Shown here: positions 51,395 to 64,000 of the stretch, piece after piece
How the letters are laid out: each line of letters opens with the position of its first letter
Position numbering within the stretch: position 1 is the stretch's first letter
DNA from: Callorhinchus milii
Lineage: Eukaryota
DNA length: 64,000 bases
Reading direction: 5' to 3'
Assembly: GCF_018977255.1 (NCBI RefSeq)
Contig: NW_024704743.1
Span: forward strand, 7,442,001 to 7,506,000
Program-made: the position numbers and the translations under genes
Notes under the pieces: generated by a model
The model's database searches: none
Seen by the model: only the letters and a program-made list of their open reading frames with translations
Told to the model about the DNA's origin: nothing

Positions 51395-52125
51395 ACTGAG
51401 GTTGACACCCTTTTGCTTTGGACCTCTTTCTGCAGCTGCTCACAGACTGGTGTTTGAATGTAAATCAAATTGAGACACGTACTCTAAATCTGTAACGCCA
51501 CTCAGAAGCCTTTGGTTGCAATCTGGAAACAAACTTAATTGAGTTCCAGAGAGACACTTCTGGATATTTCCAGAATTCTCATTTACAATTCCTTTGGAGA
51601 TCTTGCAAATTGACCTCCAATGTCTTGTGCCTTTTAAATCCACCAGGATCCAACACCCAACCCTATGAGTCACTCCACTTTGCCAGTTGGGGAGAAGCTG
51701 ATTGAGCTTTAGTCAGGTTCTGTTGGTGAATTTGTTTGCCAGGTTCCTCTGAGCTGTGAGCTCATGTGCATCTGTTGTGGAGCGGTGGTGGGAGGAGAGG
51801 GACAGACACTTTGTGAGCAGTTCAACGATTGCTATGCACCACATTGTGTAAAAGATCCCAACGCACTCAGCATGCTCCTATTCTGCCACAGTGAGTCATA
51901 TCAGCCGGTCACCCAGCTGAGCTCTGGCACAATTGCTCCCAAGCACTTGTGGTGCTAATTTATTTTTATTGTTGTGTTTCTTTAGGCTAATTTCTTTTTA
52001 TGTCTGACAGAATGTCAATCCCACGTCTCAGTTACACTGAGGTTGACACCCTTTTGCTTTGGACCTCTTTCTGCAGCTGCTGACAGACTGGAGTTTGAAT
52101 GTAAGTCAAATTGAGACACGTATTC
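51395..52125 (+). repeat. Local 90-bp direct repeat pair (51395-51484, 52036-52125)
   Basis: actgaggttgacacccttttgctttggacctc...ttgagacacgta present twice, 4 mismatches, offset 641 bp. Confidence 0.9.
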
Positions 52126-54207
52126 AGGGTTCAGCTGAATCAGGCCTGCTCTTGGATAGCAGTGTATTTCATTCAGTCTCTGTAGTTAGGTCCTGCTCAT
52201 ATCATCCATATTGTGTGTAGACATGTGTGGGTATACAAAGTGACATTTCCAGGAAAAAGGTCACTGAGTTTTTAATTTAGATTGAGAACAAATTGAATTG
52301 CTTTGTATTCCATCCACAACATGAATCGGTGCAAATACACAGCAGCTAAAGCATTGCTTCCAGAGCAGGGCTCAGCCTCAGCCCCGGCATTTCTGCCGAT
52401 GTGCTGGGTCGAGGACTCAGGTCACCCACATGCCACACACCAAGCCATCTACTCCATTCAGCGGCGCACATAGCACGCAAAACATTTGATGGTAAGAAAT
52501 CAACCTCTTGCTGTGGCATAAGGTAGGACAATTGCATTTTTATCATAGGAATACCCTGTGAGTAAATTGCTTCTTGGTAAGATTCAGATTATTCTCACTC
52601 CTTCACCTGTTACTCCCTTGGAATATTGTGCAACAAGGGCCATTGCTCCTGAACAACCACAGAAGGTATCTCGGTTTAGCATCTCAGCTGACGAATGGCA
52701 CCACCAACCATGTCGCACCTCCCCGGAATTCTATTAATATTTCAGCCTAGACTGTAAGTACCAATGAGGAAAGTGAACCCACATCCTCCTGCATCAGAGG
52801 CTCAGAGGCAAGAGTCACACTGACACCCAGCCAAGCGGCAATTACTGCTGACCAACCCCTGACTAACATGAAACATCCACACGGTTCTGAAAGTTGAGTA
52901 GTATTTCCACCAATAGAATGGGCGTTTTTTCAACTTAAAACTGGTGTCCTGACCAACAGTCCCCCGTTTTTTCAACTTAAAACTGGTGTCCTGACCAGCA
53001 GTCCCCTAAAGAAAATTGGGTTATTTGTTTTGTCGCTGTTTGTAGGACATTGCCGTGTTCAATTGGGCTATCGCATTCGCCTACAAATATATAGTCACTC
53101 CATTTCACAGTAAAATCCTGTGAGGCGCTTTGAGACATCCTCCCGATGTGAAAGGAGCTATTCTAAATGCAATAATTCTTATCGCCACATTTTTGAGAAC
53201 AATTCCAATAATAATAATAATCCTCGCATTTGATATAGCGCTTTATCACGTCTTTAATACGTCTCAAAACGCTTCACAGAATATACTGTAAAGTGCTGTG
53301 ACTGCATTTTATCTCTAGCTGCAGTAGTGCAAGCCCACCGGCATTCCAGCTAGGCAGGATCTGAGGCAACACAACGTATCCCCATGCGCTCTCACCAATT
53401 ACACTTCCCAATATGTAAAGGTCCCTTTGGAACAGTTTGTGGGACTTTGCATTGAGATGCTAGCCCGCTGAAGGGCGCGACATAAATGCAAGCTGTTGTT
53501 GTTCAATTGAATCACAGGCAGACGGATGCAAAGGACAGAAATCATCCCCTCCGTTGCCTCCTTGAAAGCCTATCTCAAGTCCTTCCTCTTTGACCGTGCC
53601 ATCAGTCATCCTCTTACCTCCACCCCTTTGCCTTCCACCCCTCTTGATTCCAACCCCAAGCTTGGGTGAAAACCCCTGACTATCCAGCGCCTTGGGATGT
53701 CCTACCAATGTGAAAGACGTATCCAAATGTGTATTGTATAAACAATAAAGCCATATTAATTTAAACTCCATAAAACACAAGCCTAACAACTCACTGTGCA
53801 CAGTAACAATGACGCTGTTGTACTTAATGAAACTAGCACAAATTAAATGTCTCAAAGTATATTCTGTGAAGCGCTTTGAGACGTGATAAGGCACTATATC
53901 AAATGCAAGGAATATTAATACATTAAAAAGTACAAGTCTTTCTGCCCTGCTCCAAACTCGACCCTTTAAGGTTGTTTCCTTTTCATTGCAAAAGCAGCAA
54001 GCTTAGAACAAACGACTAATGCACCAAAACATCCCATGAATTTACATTAGACGTTTACATTTTTTACATCTTTGCCATATCTTTAGCTGCATTTCAACAG
54101 AGCTGTGATTTTTTTACATAAATCCTGTAGGATTTGTAACAGAGCTTAGCTCTGTGAGGATAGCTTGTTATTGACTCCATGTATGTCCACAGTTATACTC
54201 ACACTGG

Positions 54208-54695
54208 TATTAGTCTGGTTCAGTTGGTAGCACTTTCACCTTTTGAGTCAAAGATTTAAGCCCCACATTGGGACTTTAAGTTTATATGCTCAACGACATT
54301 TCAGTTCAGTATTGGGAGAGTGGTGCATTGTCAGAGATGGAGTGCTGTGGATGTGATGTTAAATTGAGGTCCTATCTGCTTGTTCAGGTTGCCGTTAAAG
54401 ATCCCATGACACTATTCGCAAAGAGGGGGGAATTCCTCCTGATGTCCTATGCAACAACAGACACAATTAGTCATTCAACTCAGATGTTTGTGAGTCGTGT
54501 ATAAATTAGTTACTGTGTTTGCCTCCAAAATAATCAATCCCCAAACCCTTCAGTTCAGCCACCCCCCAACCTAGGTACCCAGCCAGCTACATAAACTCTT
54601 TGTGTCATCCTCCTGAGCTGAAAGGCGCTATACAAATGTGTATCGTATGTTCAGTTTGCGAAAGATGCTACACCAAATGCACAGATTATTTTTAT
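54208..54695 (+). mobile_element. Deu-domain SINE, degraded, with L2 tail fragment in its 3' part
   Basis: ggttcagttggtagcact head, gttaaagatcccatgacactattcg core. Confidence 0.7.
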
Positions 54696-56525
54696 GCCTA
54701 GTTTTGGAAAAGGTGATTGCAGATTGGAACAGCTGTTTTGTATTGTGGAAAACAACAACAACTTGCATTTATAACACCCTTCACATGTGATGCTCATTCT
54801 CAAAACGTTTCACAAAGACAGTGGGGATCACTGAGCCAGAAGAGAGGAAGGGGAATTTGATTGTATTGACGAAAGACATGGAGAAATAGATTTTTAAGAG
54901 GGGTATTATGTAAAAGGGCTATGGGGATTGAAAGTACAGCTGATTCTGGAGGCCAGTGCTGACTCAATGGGCCAAATGATTTCCTTCTGCTATGTAAATT
55001 TCTATGATTCAATGATTCTAAAGTTTGAAAACTTTTAAAAGGGTTTTGAGGTGGGGAGGAAAGGCTCGAGAGATTTTGGAGAGTTGCAGAGAATGGGGTC
55101 ATGATAGCTGAAAGCTGAACCCCTAACTCATATGATTCAAACTGTTTCCAGTTTATTCTCAAATCTCTGAAAGTGCAGTCCTAGTCCTTGTTTAGTGGAG
55201 GAAAGTATTTATCCTGCAACAAGCTGGTGTCATGGTCTGGAGGAGCTGAATATCTGGAGTTTTAAGTTTACTATCTGATCTCTGGAGATTTGCTGGTTTC
55301 TTATTGATCTGTTTTCTCTGGAGGTCTGGGGGAAGGGAGGAATTAGACAGGGTATGTATATTTTATCTCTGCTGTCTGCCTGTTAAGGTGGATGTTAAAG
55401 ATCCTAATGCACTATTAAAGAGAAGGGAGTTTCTCCTGGTATCCTGGTCAACAATGTCTCAGATAAAATTGGTCATTCACTTCAAGGATACTTGTGGGAT
55501 GTTGCTGTGCGTAAATTAGCTCCTGTATTTACATACAAATTGACAGTCACTACACTTTACAGTAAAATCGTGTGAAGTACATAATAAAGCACAGTGCACA
55601 GATTGTTATTATTTTTGTCCATTCAGGTTTGTGCTGAAGTTCTGTGAATGTTTCAGTGTAGAAGTATAGCCGTGTTATTTGCTACATGATTGTGGTAAAG
55701 ATGGATATTAAGATTGAAAAGGACTGAATGGAAGAGAATTGCTTTTTTTATTACATTTCCAGCAATCCTGTCAGGTCACTCACTGTGTGAGTGCAGTGGC
55801 GTAAACCAGAACCTCCCACCCCTCCAGGAGGGTAGAGTAGCCAGTTTCCTCTCACAAGGAATCTCTTAATATACATATCAATTGTGAAGAACAATTAACC
55901 GCCAGGCAATCTGTAGTCTGCATTTCTGTCAGGTACTGTTAATAACACCTTTATTTTACTATGGAAAACCACATCAGGGCTCCGTGAATGTTTTAATGAA
56001 GCTCCTGTCCATCACCTTATTGTACCGTACCTACATATCTTTTATTAACATTTGCAGCATTTGATACAAAGATGTAGCAGCTATTTTATTTAACTGGGTG
56101 CTGAGCATAGGGTTATAGGGGCTGTGGCCTTGGAATTTGTGTTTATACCTAAAGCTATTGGAGATACTCTAATGAGCCCCCTTTTGAAATGCCTAATAAG
56201 ACCCAAAGCTGTTGTCAAAACGCAAGCTTCTGATGCCAAACAGACTGAGTCAGCAGCTCTCTACAGCTGCCTTCTGGCTAAAAAAGCAGAGAATTATTAT
56301 CTGGGGAGAAATGGTACAAAAATATTTATAGTGTGTTTCTGAGCGTGTGCAGTTCAGCGTTACAGATTGGTTTGTCAGACCGGAGAATCCGAGTGCAAGG
56401 ATAAGAACGGACTAAAAGTGAAGCTTTGTAATGCCAGCGATCGCTTTATTAATCCTTCCGTCCTCCACGGGCAGGGATATTAACAGTCGGCTCCAGTGTT
56501 ACCTTCTCTTGCTTTATTTTCACAG

Positions 56526-56588
56526 TGATGGCTTCTGCAGCATGGCTTTGTCCCACTGCAACCTGCACTGACTGAAACAGCAGCAGTC
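56526..56588 (+). other. JCAD: 5' UTR part of the JCAD first coding exon
   Basis: Pyrimidine tract plus acceptor ttctcttgctttattttcacAG ending at 56525; alternative CAG acceptors at 56540 and 56580-56586 not excluded. Confidence 0.6.
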
Positions 56589-56905
56589 ATGTTCAGTGTG
56601 GAGGACCTGCTGATCTCACATGGATATCAACCACCAAAGAAAACTTCAAAGGACAAGCCCCCGTCCTCGAACGAGAACACCTTCGCCGGCTACCAGCGGG
56701 AGGCCAGAGAGAACAGGTCCACCCACGGCACTGTGAACGGGTATGAGACTGACACTGGGGCCTACCTCGCCAGCAGGCAAGCACAAGTGAAGGGCTACTT
56801 CAGTGACAACGAATGCAGGGAAGGGAACGCCTGGAGACAGGCTGATGTCAGTCATTGTGCTGATGTGCACAATGTGCCCACCACGTTTGCTGTGAAAGAA
56901 GCCGG
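56589..56905 (+). CDS. JCAD: Junctional cadherin 5-associated protein (JCAD/KIAA1462), first coding exon
   Basis: MFSVEDLLISHGY matches the JCAD N-terminus as I recall it (human MYSVEDLLISHGY); also NGYE, KGYFSD and terminal EAG; donor GCCGG|GTGAGT at 56905/56906 (phase 2); the ORF-track stop lies in the intron. Confidence 0.9.
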
Positions 56906-57608
56906 GTGAGTTAGCCAGCTGTTGTGGTGAATCCTTTCAGTGCTTTGATGAATGCTGTGACACGATGCAACAATATTCCCCTGAAACCAGTGTGAAATGC
57001 TTCTTCACAATACAAGCTAACTAAGTGGGTGCTCATCTGTTTGAGACTTGCAGGTTACAATTGTAATGAAATGGATCGTAAAAACATCTATAAAAGCCTT
57101 AAAATCCCACTGTATCTACACAGTGGATATGGAGAACGCTCCTCTTTCTAATATACCCTCAATGTATTTGTGGCGCTTTCTAAGATATTTCACAGAGGAG
57201 TGTAATGTTTGTTTAATAGTTCATTACACAGACAGCTGTTGAACAAGGTGTAAAAACATTAAAATCTATTTTCATTTTAATTGCAAAGTGTCATTTCGAA
57301 CAGTTGCAAAAAAAAATCAGGTTGAGCTTCTGACGAAATGAAATTGTGATTCCCGTTCAAAAATGATATTCAATGTAAAAAAAATCTGTTTTCTCAATGT
57401 GACCCTATTCCAGCTTTGGTAAAAAGGATGCAGTGGTTAGTATCACAAATGTATTTATTGCAAATAAGCAAAAGTTCTATTTTATTCCTGTTCTCACTCA
57501 ATTTGTGATGAAGATTGCAGTCTGTGACATATTAACACTTGGGTTTAAGATCGTTGCCTTTACATTTTTTGGAAAATTCTTAAATTCAGCCTTGATTTGG
57601 AAGCATTT

Positions 57609-57638
57609 CCCCCCCCCCCCCCACACACACACACACAC
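57609..57638 (+). repeat. poly-C plus (CA)n microsatellite
   Basis: Directly visible. Confidence 0.85.
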
Positions 57639-58361
57639 GCAGCAGTAAATAGCACAAGGGTGAAGATTGTTAATTAACACACAGCACAAAATTCCACTCC
57701 CTCAACTGTTTTGTCTGCTGGTGTGCCCTCACCCACCAACTCCATTCCAATGGATGGGCAGTGTTTCCTTTCCCTTTAGGAAATACAGCAGAGCCCTGTT
57801 GTAACACAGCAATTGGAGGGTGGGGGGGGTGGTGGAGAAGCGGGGGAGGACCATAACATTTTGGTCAGTGTTATAACAAGGTATGGTCAGTGCTTTTGCA
57901 TTCTGCAAAGCTGTCCAGCTTCCCACGCTAAACAATGGCTGACTATGTCAACAGGTTGCCACAACATCACCCGCAGCGCACAGGAAATCAGGCAACCTGA
58001 TTCGGCCCAGCTTGGGTGCCCATCCGGCATTGTGAATTGCGTTTAGATGTCCTTCCGACACGAAGGGCGTTATATAAATGTAAATCATACCATATATTGT
58101 AAATTGGTCTTTTTTTCAACAATTCCTTGCATTTTGCTACAGCGCCTTCTAAGTCAGAAGAACATCCCAAAGTAATTCACAGAATGTACTGTAAAGTGCA
58201 GCGACTCTATTTTGTGTGAGAAGCTGGCACTTTCTGTGCACATTTTGGATTTTGTGCTATGTCAATGTTGGGATCAACACCCCTATCGCATTATAGTGAA
58301 GCATGTTATAACAGGATTCCAGTGTATTGCAATTTGTTTTCCAGCAAGAAGCATCCTACTA

Positions 58362-58535
58362 TATAAACACAGAAGTTGCTGGGAACACGCAGCAGGTCAG
58401 GCAGCATCCATAGAGAGAGAACTGAATTCTAACAAAACGTTTCCTCTCTTCATGGATGCTGCCTGACCTGCTGCGTGTTCCCAGCGACTTCTGTGTTTAT
58501 ACTAGATTTCCAGCATCTGCAGTACTTTGCCTTTT
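58362..58535. mobile_element. Hairpin-type non-autonomous element (probably Penelope-associated)
   Basis: 50-bp inverted arms containing gcagcaggtcaggcagcatc / gatgctgcctgacctgctgc followed by agatttccagcatctgcagt; family assignment is from memory of similar shark repeats. Confidence 0.65.
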
Positions 58536-59674
58536 TTTATTTTTTAGAAGCATCATACTGCCGGTTAGTAGGATGCTGGCTTCATTTAGGAGGAAATCTC
58601 AGAGATGAGCCGGTATCTCCAATAACAGACTCTCAAATGGCACAATCCAAAAGCTGGCAAGTGTGTTGTGCACGACAGATGGCTTTAGGCCCAACCACTG
58701 TGACAGAATCGTGGGACATAGAGTCAATGAATGTCCTTAGTTATCCACAGAGTGGCATTTTCAACTGTGTGTTAATTAACACATCAAAGGTTACAATATT
58801 CACCCTTGTCTTATCTAAGAACTTCACAGGGAGAGGGAAAGCCTCCAAATTATCACTGAATCAAAGGATTTTCCAAAATATTGCACAACCTTAAATTTGA
58901 AGACATTGGTCTTTAAGCCTAAAACCATGAGAAGTTTCCAGCCTGAGACGTCTGATTGTGACACGCAAATACCTCTTGCTTTATCACTGTTCCAGATGTT
59001 ACAGTATCAGATTTTATCATCTGAGCCGGGCGAGAATGATGTGCAGATATTTCTCACACTTCCTTATGCCCCCAGAACAGCTTCACATATTTTACGTTAC
59101 AGACTTCATGTAGTTGAGGAGTCATGGAAGTTTCAAAGGAAAATGACAATTTTGTTTTGACGTTAACTCTAGATGTGCCGGGCTTTCTGTCCGTGTGATG
59201 ATTGCTGACTGTTAGCCCCTTTCACATCGGGAGGACATCTCAAAGCGCTTCAGGGGCTATACTGTAAAGTGCAGTGACTTTATTTTGTGGGTGAATGTAG
59301 ATTATGAAAAGTTGAAATGTATTCAATGTCAAGTTTGTGGTGCAATTACAGCCAACACACAGTAATCTGTCTGGCAATGGGGACGGTACATTAGTGCTTT
59401 TTCATAATATCTACGATTACATTGAGGACATTATAAAACTCTGCTAGTTATTTGCCGTTCAATAATTAATGCCACCCTCAATAATCTACTCCCTATCCTC
59501 CCTTTTTGTGGTGTTTTAGCAACATAGTGGCACCAACTTGATATTGCTGGGACAAGTGGAGTCTCTGGTCCTGGACAACACTGTGTTAATTCAGTCACTA
59601 TTCTCTTCTGCTGGACTCATCTAGTTTGTTGATCGAGGCAGTGTTTCAGAATAGGTATCCCTTTGGATACCTGT

Positions 59675-60030
59675 GGAGTCCTGTAGCTCTGTGGTTAGAG
59701 CACTCGCCTCGCAAGCAAGAGACGTGGGTATGATTCCCGGCAGGGTAAAACATTGGGTAAGTTTCCTTACTCCACACGCCTCTGTTTACCCAGCAGTAAG
59801 TAGGTGTTAGTTGATTGGTGGGTTGCTTATCCGGGGGTAATAATTCCTTCAAAAAAAAAAAAAAAAATTGGTCACTTCAATCCCTGATTGTCTGTGGGAC
59901 ACTGCTGTCTGCCGCGTTTCATCCACAAAATATACAGTCCACCAAATTTATTTGACAGTATATTCTGTGAAGCGCTTTGAGACGTCTCGAAGACGTGATA
60001 AGGCGCTATATTAAATGCAAGACTTATTAA
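59675..60030 (+). mobile_element. tRNA-derived SINE, full-length
   Basis: ggagtcctgtagctctgtggttagagcactcgcctcgcaagcaagag head, body with A-run, L2-type tail. Confidence 0.87.
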
Positions 60031-60124
60031 TATTGTAGCACTGGCATCGTGGAATCGTATTTCATCATGAGGCAGCAACTGCAGGAGAGAAAGAGAAATT
60101 ACTCCCAAAAACTTGAAATTTGGA

Positions 60125-60510
60125 GCTCCACATTGGGACTTTGAACTCACAGTCTAGTCTGACACTCCAATATGGTCCTGGGAACAACCCTGCATCACTG
60201 GAGGTGCTAATCTTTGGATTAAACGTTAATCCGAGGTCCCATCTGCCTGTTCAGGTGGATGTATGTTAAAGATCTCATGGCACTATATGAAAAAGAGAAG
60301 GGAGTTTCTCCTGCTGTCCCAGCAAACAATCCCCAAGATAAAATTGGTCATTCATTCCATGGCTGTTTGGGGGAACTGATGTGTGCAAATTAACTGGCAC
60401 GTTGGCCTACAAAATACACAGTGACCACATTTTACCGTAAAATCCCTTGAAGCACTTTGAGACCTCCTGGTGTGAAAGGTGCTGTATCGAATACAAAGAT
60501 TATTATTTAT
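60125..60510 (+). mobile_element. Deu-domain SINE
   Basis: cacattgggactttgaactc...ctgcctgttcaggtggatg...tail. Confidence 0.78.
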
Positions 60511-61637
60511 TGTTATAAATATCTGATAATATAGAACAATGAGTTCTTGTGTGGATAGCATTCCAGAGCAAGAACCATGTGTTCATCTTCAAATATTAAT
60601 TTATTCTATTCTTTAATTGGATTCCTTAACACAGAATCCAAGCAAAAAATAAAATCGATATTCCTTTAAGTCACTGGAAGTTTGTCATGCTATCCCATGG
60701 GAATTCCATTCCGACATATTTCTGGACTTGAGTTCTTGTGGATGGGTGAGAATTATGACAGAATTCCATATTAAGGAATCACGTTTCGAAATCCCGCATG
60801 TTAGACTTTACACACATCTGCTAAGTAGGTTCTACAATAGGACGTTTCAATGGGTGACCCAGTGGTGATCTGCAGTGCTCTGAGGATGCCCTCCAGCACT
60901 GAGATGAGTTGCAGCTGTTGTATATGAATGCGTTGCAAAAACTACTACTTATTAATAGTTTTTCTGAACAAAATGTTCCTTAAAACCTTATGACTGGCTA
61001 TTTTCCTTTCTTCTTACTGCTTGTCAGCTTCCAGCTTTGCCCCTTTTTTGTATTTGCATTGATCATCAGCGCAAGACCAGCAAGACCCAATGTCCATGAC
61101 CAGGAAATTGTGTTACAAACTTAGTGACCACAATCAGAAATGACAGTGATATTAAAGGCAAGCTACGGCGGTTGTAGCTGGTTAGACTCCAGCAGTACCC
61201 CAATGCACACTCTGGGGTCTCCAAGCCTTGGCTCTTGCCAACCTGCGCCTAATACTTTCCGGAATTAGGTAAGCAGGATGTGTCACACCAGGGGAGAGAG
61301 TGCGCATTCCATTTCAACAATCTATCTCTGGGATTTCCATGAGTAGGTGGGATACATGAAATTCTCAGTTTGGGTTGGAAACTCTGAAGCACGGTGATGG
61401 GTTTCTGCATGTATCAGACATGCCCCCCCAGCACCCATCAGAGTCAAAAGCTCACATGTGAATTATAGTCACTTGGACAAGGTAATAGTCCATGAATCCA
61501 TATCCCATTGAGGAGTTATTTCTATGCTTTGTCACAAAGTTAAACTCTGACATTGTTAAAACACTGCAGTGATATTTTTGTATTTCCCTGTTGCCTTGTA
61601 CTGACATATCTGCTGTCTTGTACTTATATACCTGCTG

Positions 61638-62818
61638 CCCATTTCAAACCTGCCCTTCCTGGATGAAGCCCTGGAACACGTTGCTGCAAACCAACTTAGC
61701 TCACACCTCGTCCTCCAGTCCGATTTCCCCCCAGCCTACAGCACAGCGACCGCGCTAATCAGAGTAACAAATGACATCCTTTCTCTGTGTGATCAGGGTT
61801 TCCTCTGCCCCCTCGTCCTCCTGGACCTCTCTGCTGCGTTCGACACAGTCGATCACGCCATCCTTCACCACCTCCTCTCCTCCCTCAACCACCTTAGTTG
61901 GACCACACTCGCATGGTTTGAGTCCTACTTAATCAACCGCCAGCACTTCATCTCGGCCAATGGTTTCTCCTCCGCCTGGTCACCTGTGGGGTATCCCAAG
62001 GCTCAATGCTTGGCCCCCTTCTTTTCCTCATCTATATGCTTCCTCTCGGCGATGGCATTCGCAAACATATGTTTGCGGATGGCACCCAAAACTGCTTCTC
62101 CTCCTGCTATGACTCCCAGTCTGCTGATATTCTGTCAGCCTTGTTTGACAGACATCAAAGCCTGGATAAGCATAAATTTCCTGCAGCTGAATGTCAGCAA
62201 GACAGAAGCCATGCTCTTTGGCTCCCATCAACGTCTTCTTTCCTGCAGGGCTAAAATCCTCAACCTCCCCGAGGCTCTCCCTCAAACTCTCCAAACTCGT
62301 GACAACTCAGGTGTCAGGTTCGATCCCCAGCTTTCCTTTCTACCCCACATCCGTTCCCTGACCAGGACTGCTTTTTTCACTTCCGTCGCATTGACCGCCT
62401 CCATCCATACCACACAACTGATGCAGCTGAAACCCTCGTCCAAGCCTTCGTCACTTCCTGACTGGACTATTCCAGTGCCCTCCTCACTGGTCTTTCCAGC
62501 TCCACCATACACAAAATCCAATGAATTAAAAACTCCGCCACTCGGATAGTCTCCTGCACGAAACTCCGTACCTCCGTCACACCAATTGTTGTCAGGCTCC
62601 ACTGGCTCCCGATCTCCGAACGGATCGATTTCAAGAGTCTCTCGTTTTCAAATCACTTAATTCCCTCGCACCTCCCTACCTCTCCAACCTGCTTACCCTC
62701 CACTCCACCCCCCACTGCCTTCACTTGGTTGGTTCTGGGCTCCTATTTGTCCCTCGTCCCCTCCGTTCCACCATCGGTGGCCATGCCTTCAGCCACTACA
62801 CCCCGAAACTCTGGAACC
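61638..62818 (+). mobile_element. Degraded L2 LINE ORF2 (RT) fragment lacking its 3' tail
   Basis: [64 protein letters not shown] in mixed frames. Confidence 0.9.
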
Positions 62819-64000
62819 CTAGGCTGGATCAATGGAGTCATTCAAAAGGGAATTGGATGAGTAGTAAAACATTGGATATGGGAAAGAACTAGGAAATGGG
62901 ATGATTAACATATTTAGTAATACTGGCAACAGTGGCGAAGACTTAATGGGCCAAATGACCTTATGTGCTGGAATATTTTGCCTTTCTATGTTTTTATAAA
63001 TGTTATAAACTCATGTTTTTATAAACCGTTTGTTCACTTCATGGCTGTTTGTAGGAACCTTGCTATGTAGGAATAGGCTGCTGCATTTACCTAGAAATAC
63101 ATAGTTACTACACTTGAAAGCAATTACTTGTGAAAGACTTTAGTCTTTATGTGAGTTGTTTTGTCAAAGCAAACATTATAGTCTAAAAGGGCCCAACTGC
63201 AACATCTGCGACATGCTGCTCTATGTAATATAGTACGAGTTCCATATGCAAAATATATACTTTTAATCATCCCATTTTCTAGCTCTTTAACCGTATCTCC
63301 TGATCTCCCCATATTGCCCATGTGTTTATCCAGTTTATTCCATTGAGGTCAGCAGATTGCAGGAGCTTTGAACAGACCAGAGAGTCAGTGTGTAGCTGGC
63401 CTATTCCTAGAAAGTTCAATATGGGTAAGTATCAAATACCCGTTTGGTCCTGAACTTTCCTGAGGTCAGCGGATCAGACCAAAGCCCAAAGCTCCCATTC
63501 CACTAAAGTTAATGGAATGTTTCCATAAGATACGAGACCAAGCTTTGGGTTTTAAAAGAGGAATCCTCATTGTTGGGAAAGTGCTGAAAGACAATATTTT
63601 CCTTCCGATGAGAACATTTCAAACAAAAGGTAATTTCTCTGGGCTTTACTTTCCTCTTAAAGCTGTTGTTGATTTGCCCCAGGGGATCATAGATGTGGAT
63701 TGAAATTGAGATGTTTGGAAGGGAAACGTATAGTTTGAAAATAAGGGTATTAAGAGAGATGGGGGGAAAAGCTGGGCAAATGTCATTAGAAGGATAAAGA
63801 CCAGAAATGAATAAAATGCTCTACTCATGTTTCATGTTTTCTCATGTGTGTGGTGCAGACAAATACGCAGTCACTACACATCACAGAAAACTGAAGTGTT
63901 TTGAGATTATGTTCTAATGATTACAATGGGGGCAAGAATTAACGCTGGCATTCTTACATCCTTTTATTGTGTCTCTTATTTTGGGGAGAAAGTGACTTTC

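Noticed and set aside
56906..56909. Stop codon ending a 106-aa protein
   Set aside because: The TGA is part of the GTGAGT splice donor; the reading frame should continue in a downstream exon that I did not find in this window
105..63828. Remaining short ORFs in the ORF track
   Set aside because: No recognisable homology; most overlap SINE/LINE fragments or use non-ATG starts, as expected by chance
1..64000. CRISPR arrays, prokaryotic operons or RT-based defence systems
   Set aside because: All RTs are non-LTR CR1/L2 type, repeats are dispersed rather than regularly spaced, and the context is a vertebrate gene with splice sites

Overview
Eukaryotic, repeat-dense vertebrate DNA; the repeat landscape (CR1 and L2 LINEs, Deu-domain SINEs, tRNA-derived SINEs with L2-type tails) points to a cartilaginous fish, possibly a holocephalan (inference). 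The only host protein-coding feature I recognise is the first coding exon of JCAD (KIAA1462) at 56526-56905 (+), so most of the window is probably upstream region/intron 1 plus the start of the next intron. A candidate non-coding first exon ends at a perfect donor at 27752. The long ORF at 7888-10750 is ORF2 of a 5'-truncated, lightly decayed CR1 LINE. The most striking observation is at its ORF1/ORF2 junction: ORF1 ends in an in-frame T_TTA_AAC slippery heptamer, a 6-nt spacer and a G10 tract, with ORF2 open in the -1 frame, which is the layout of a programmed -1 ribosomal frameshift. Other items: two uORFs before the JCAD start, a 50-bp near-perfect intronic hairpin, a MITE-like element with 40-bp perfect arms, a 10-site GATA cluster, unclassified repeat families and nested insertions. 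Repeat boundaries are approximate and read by eye; many short fragments are not listed.
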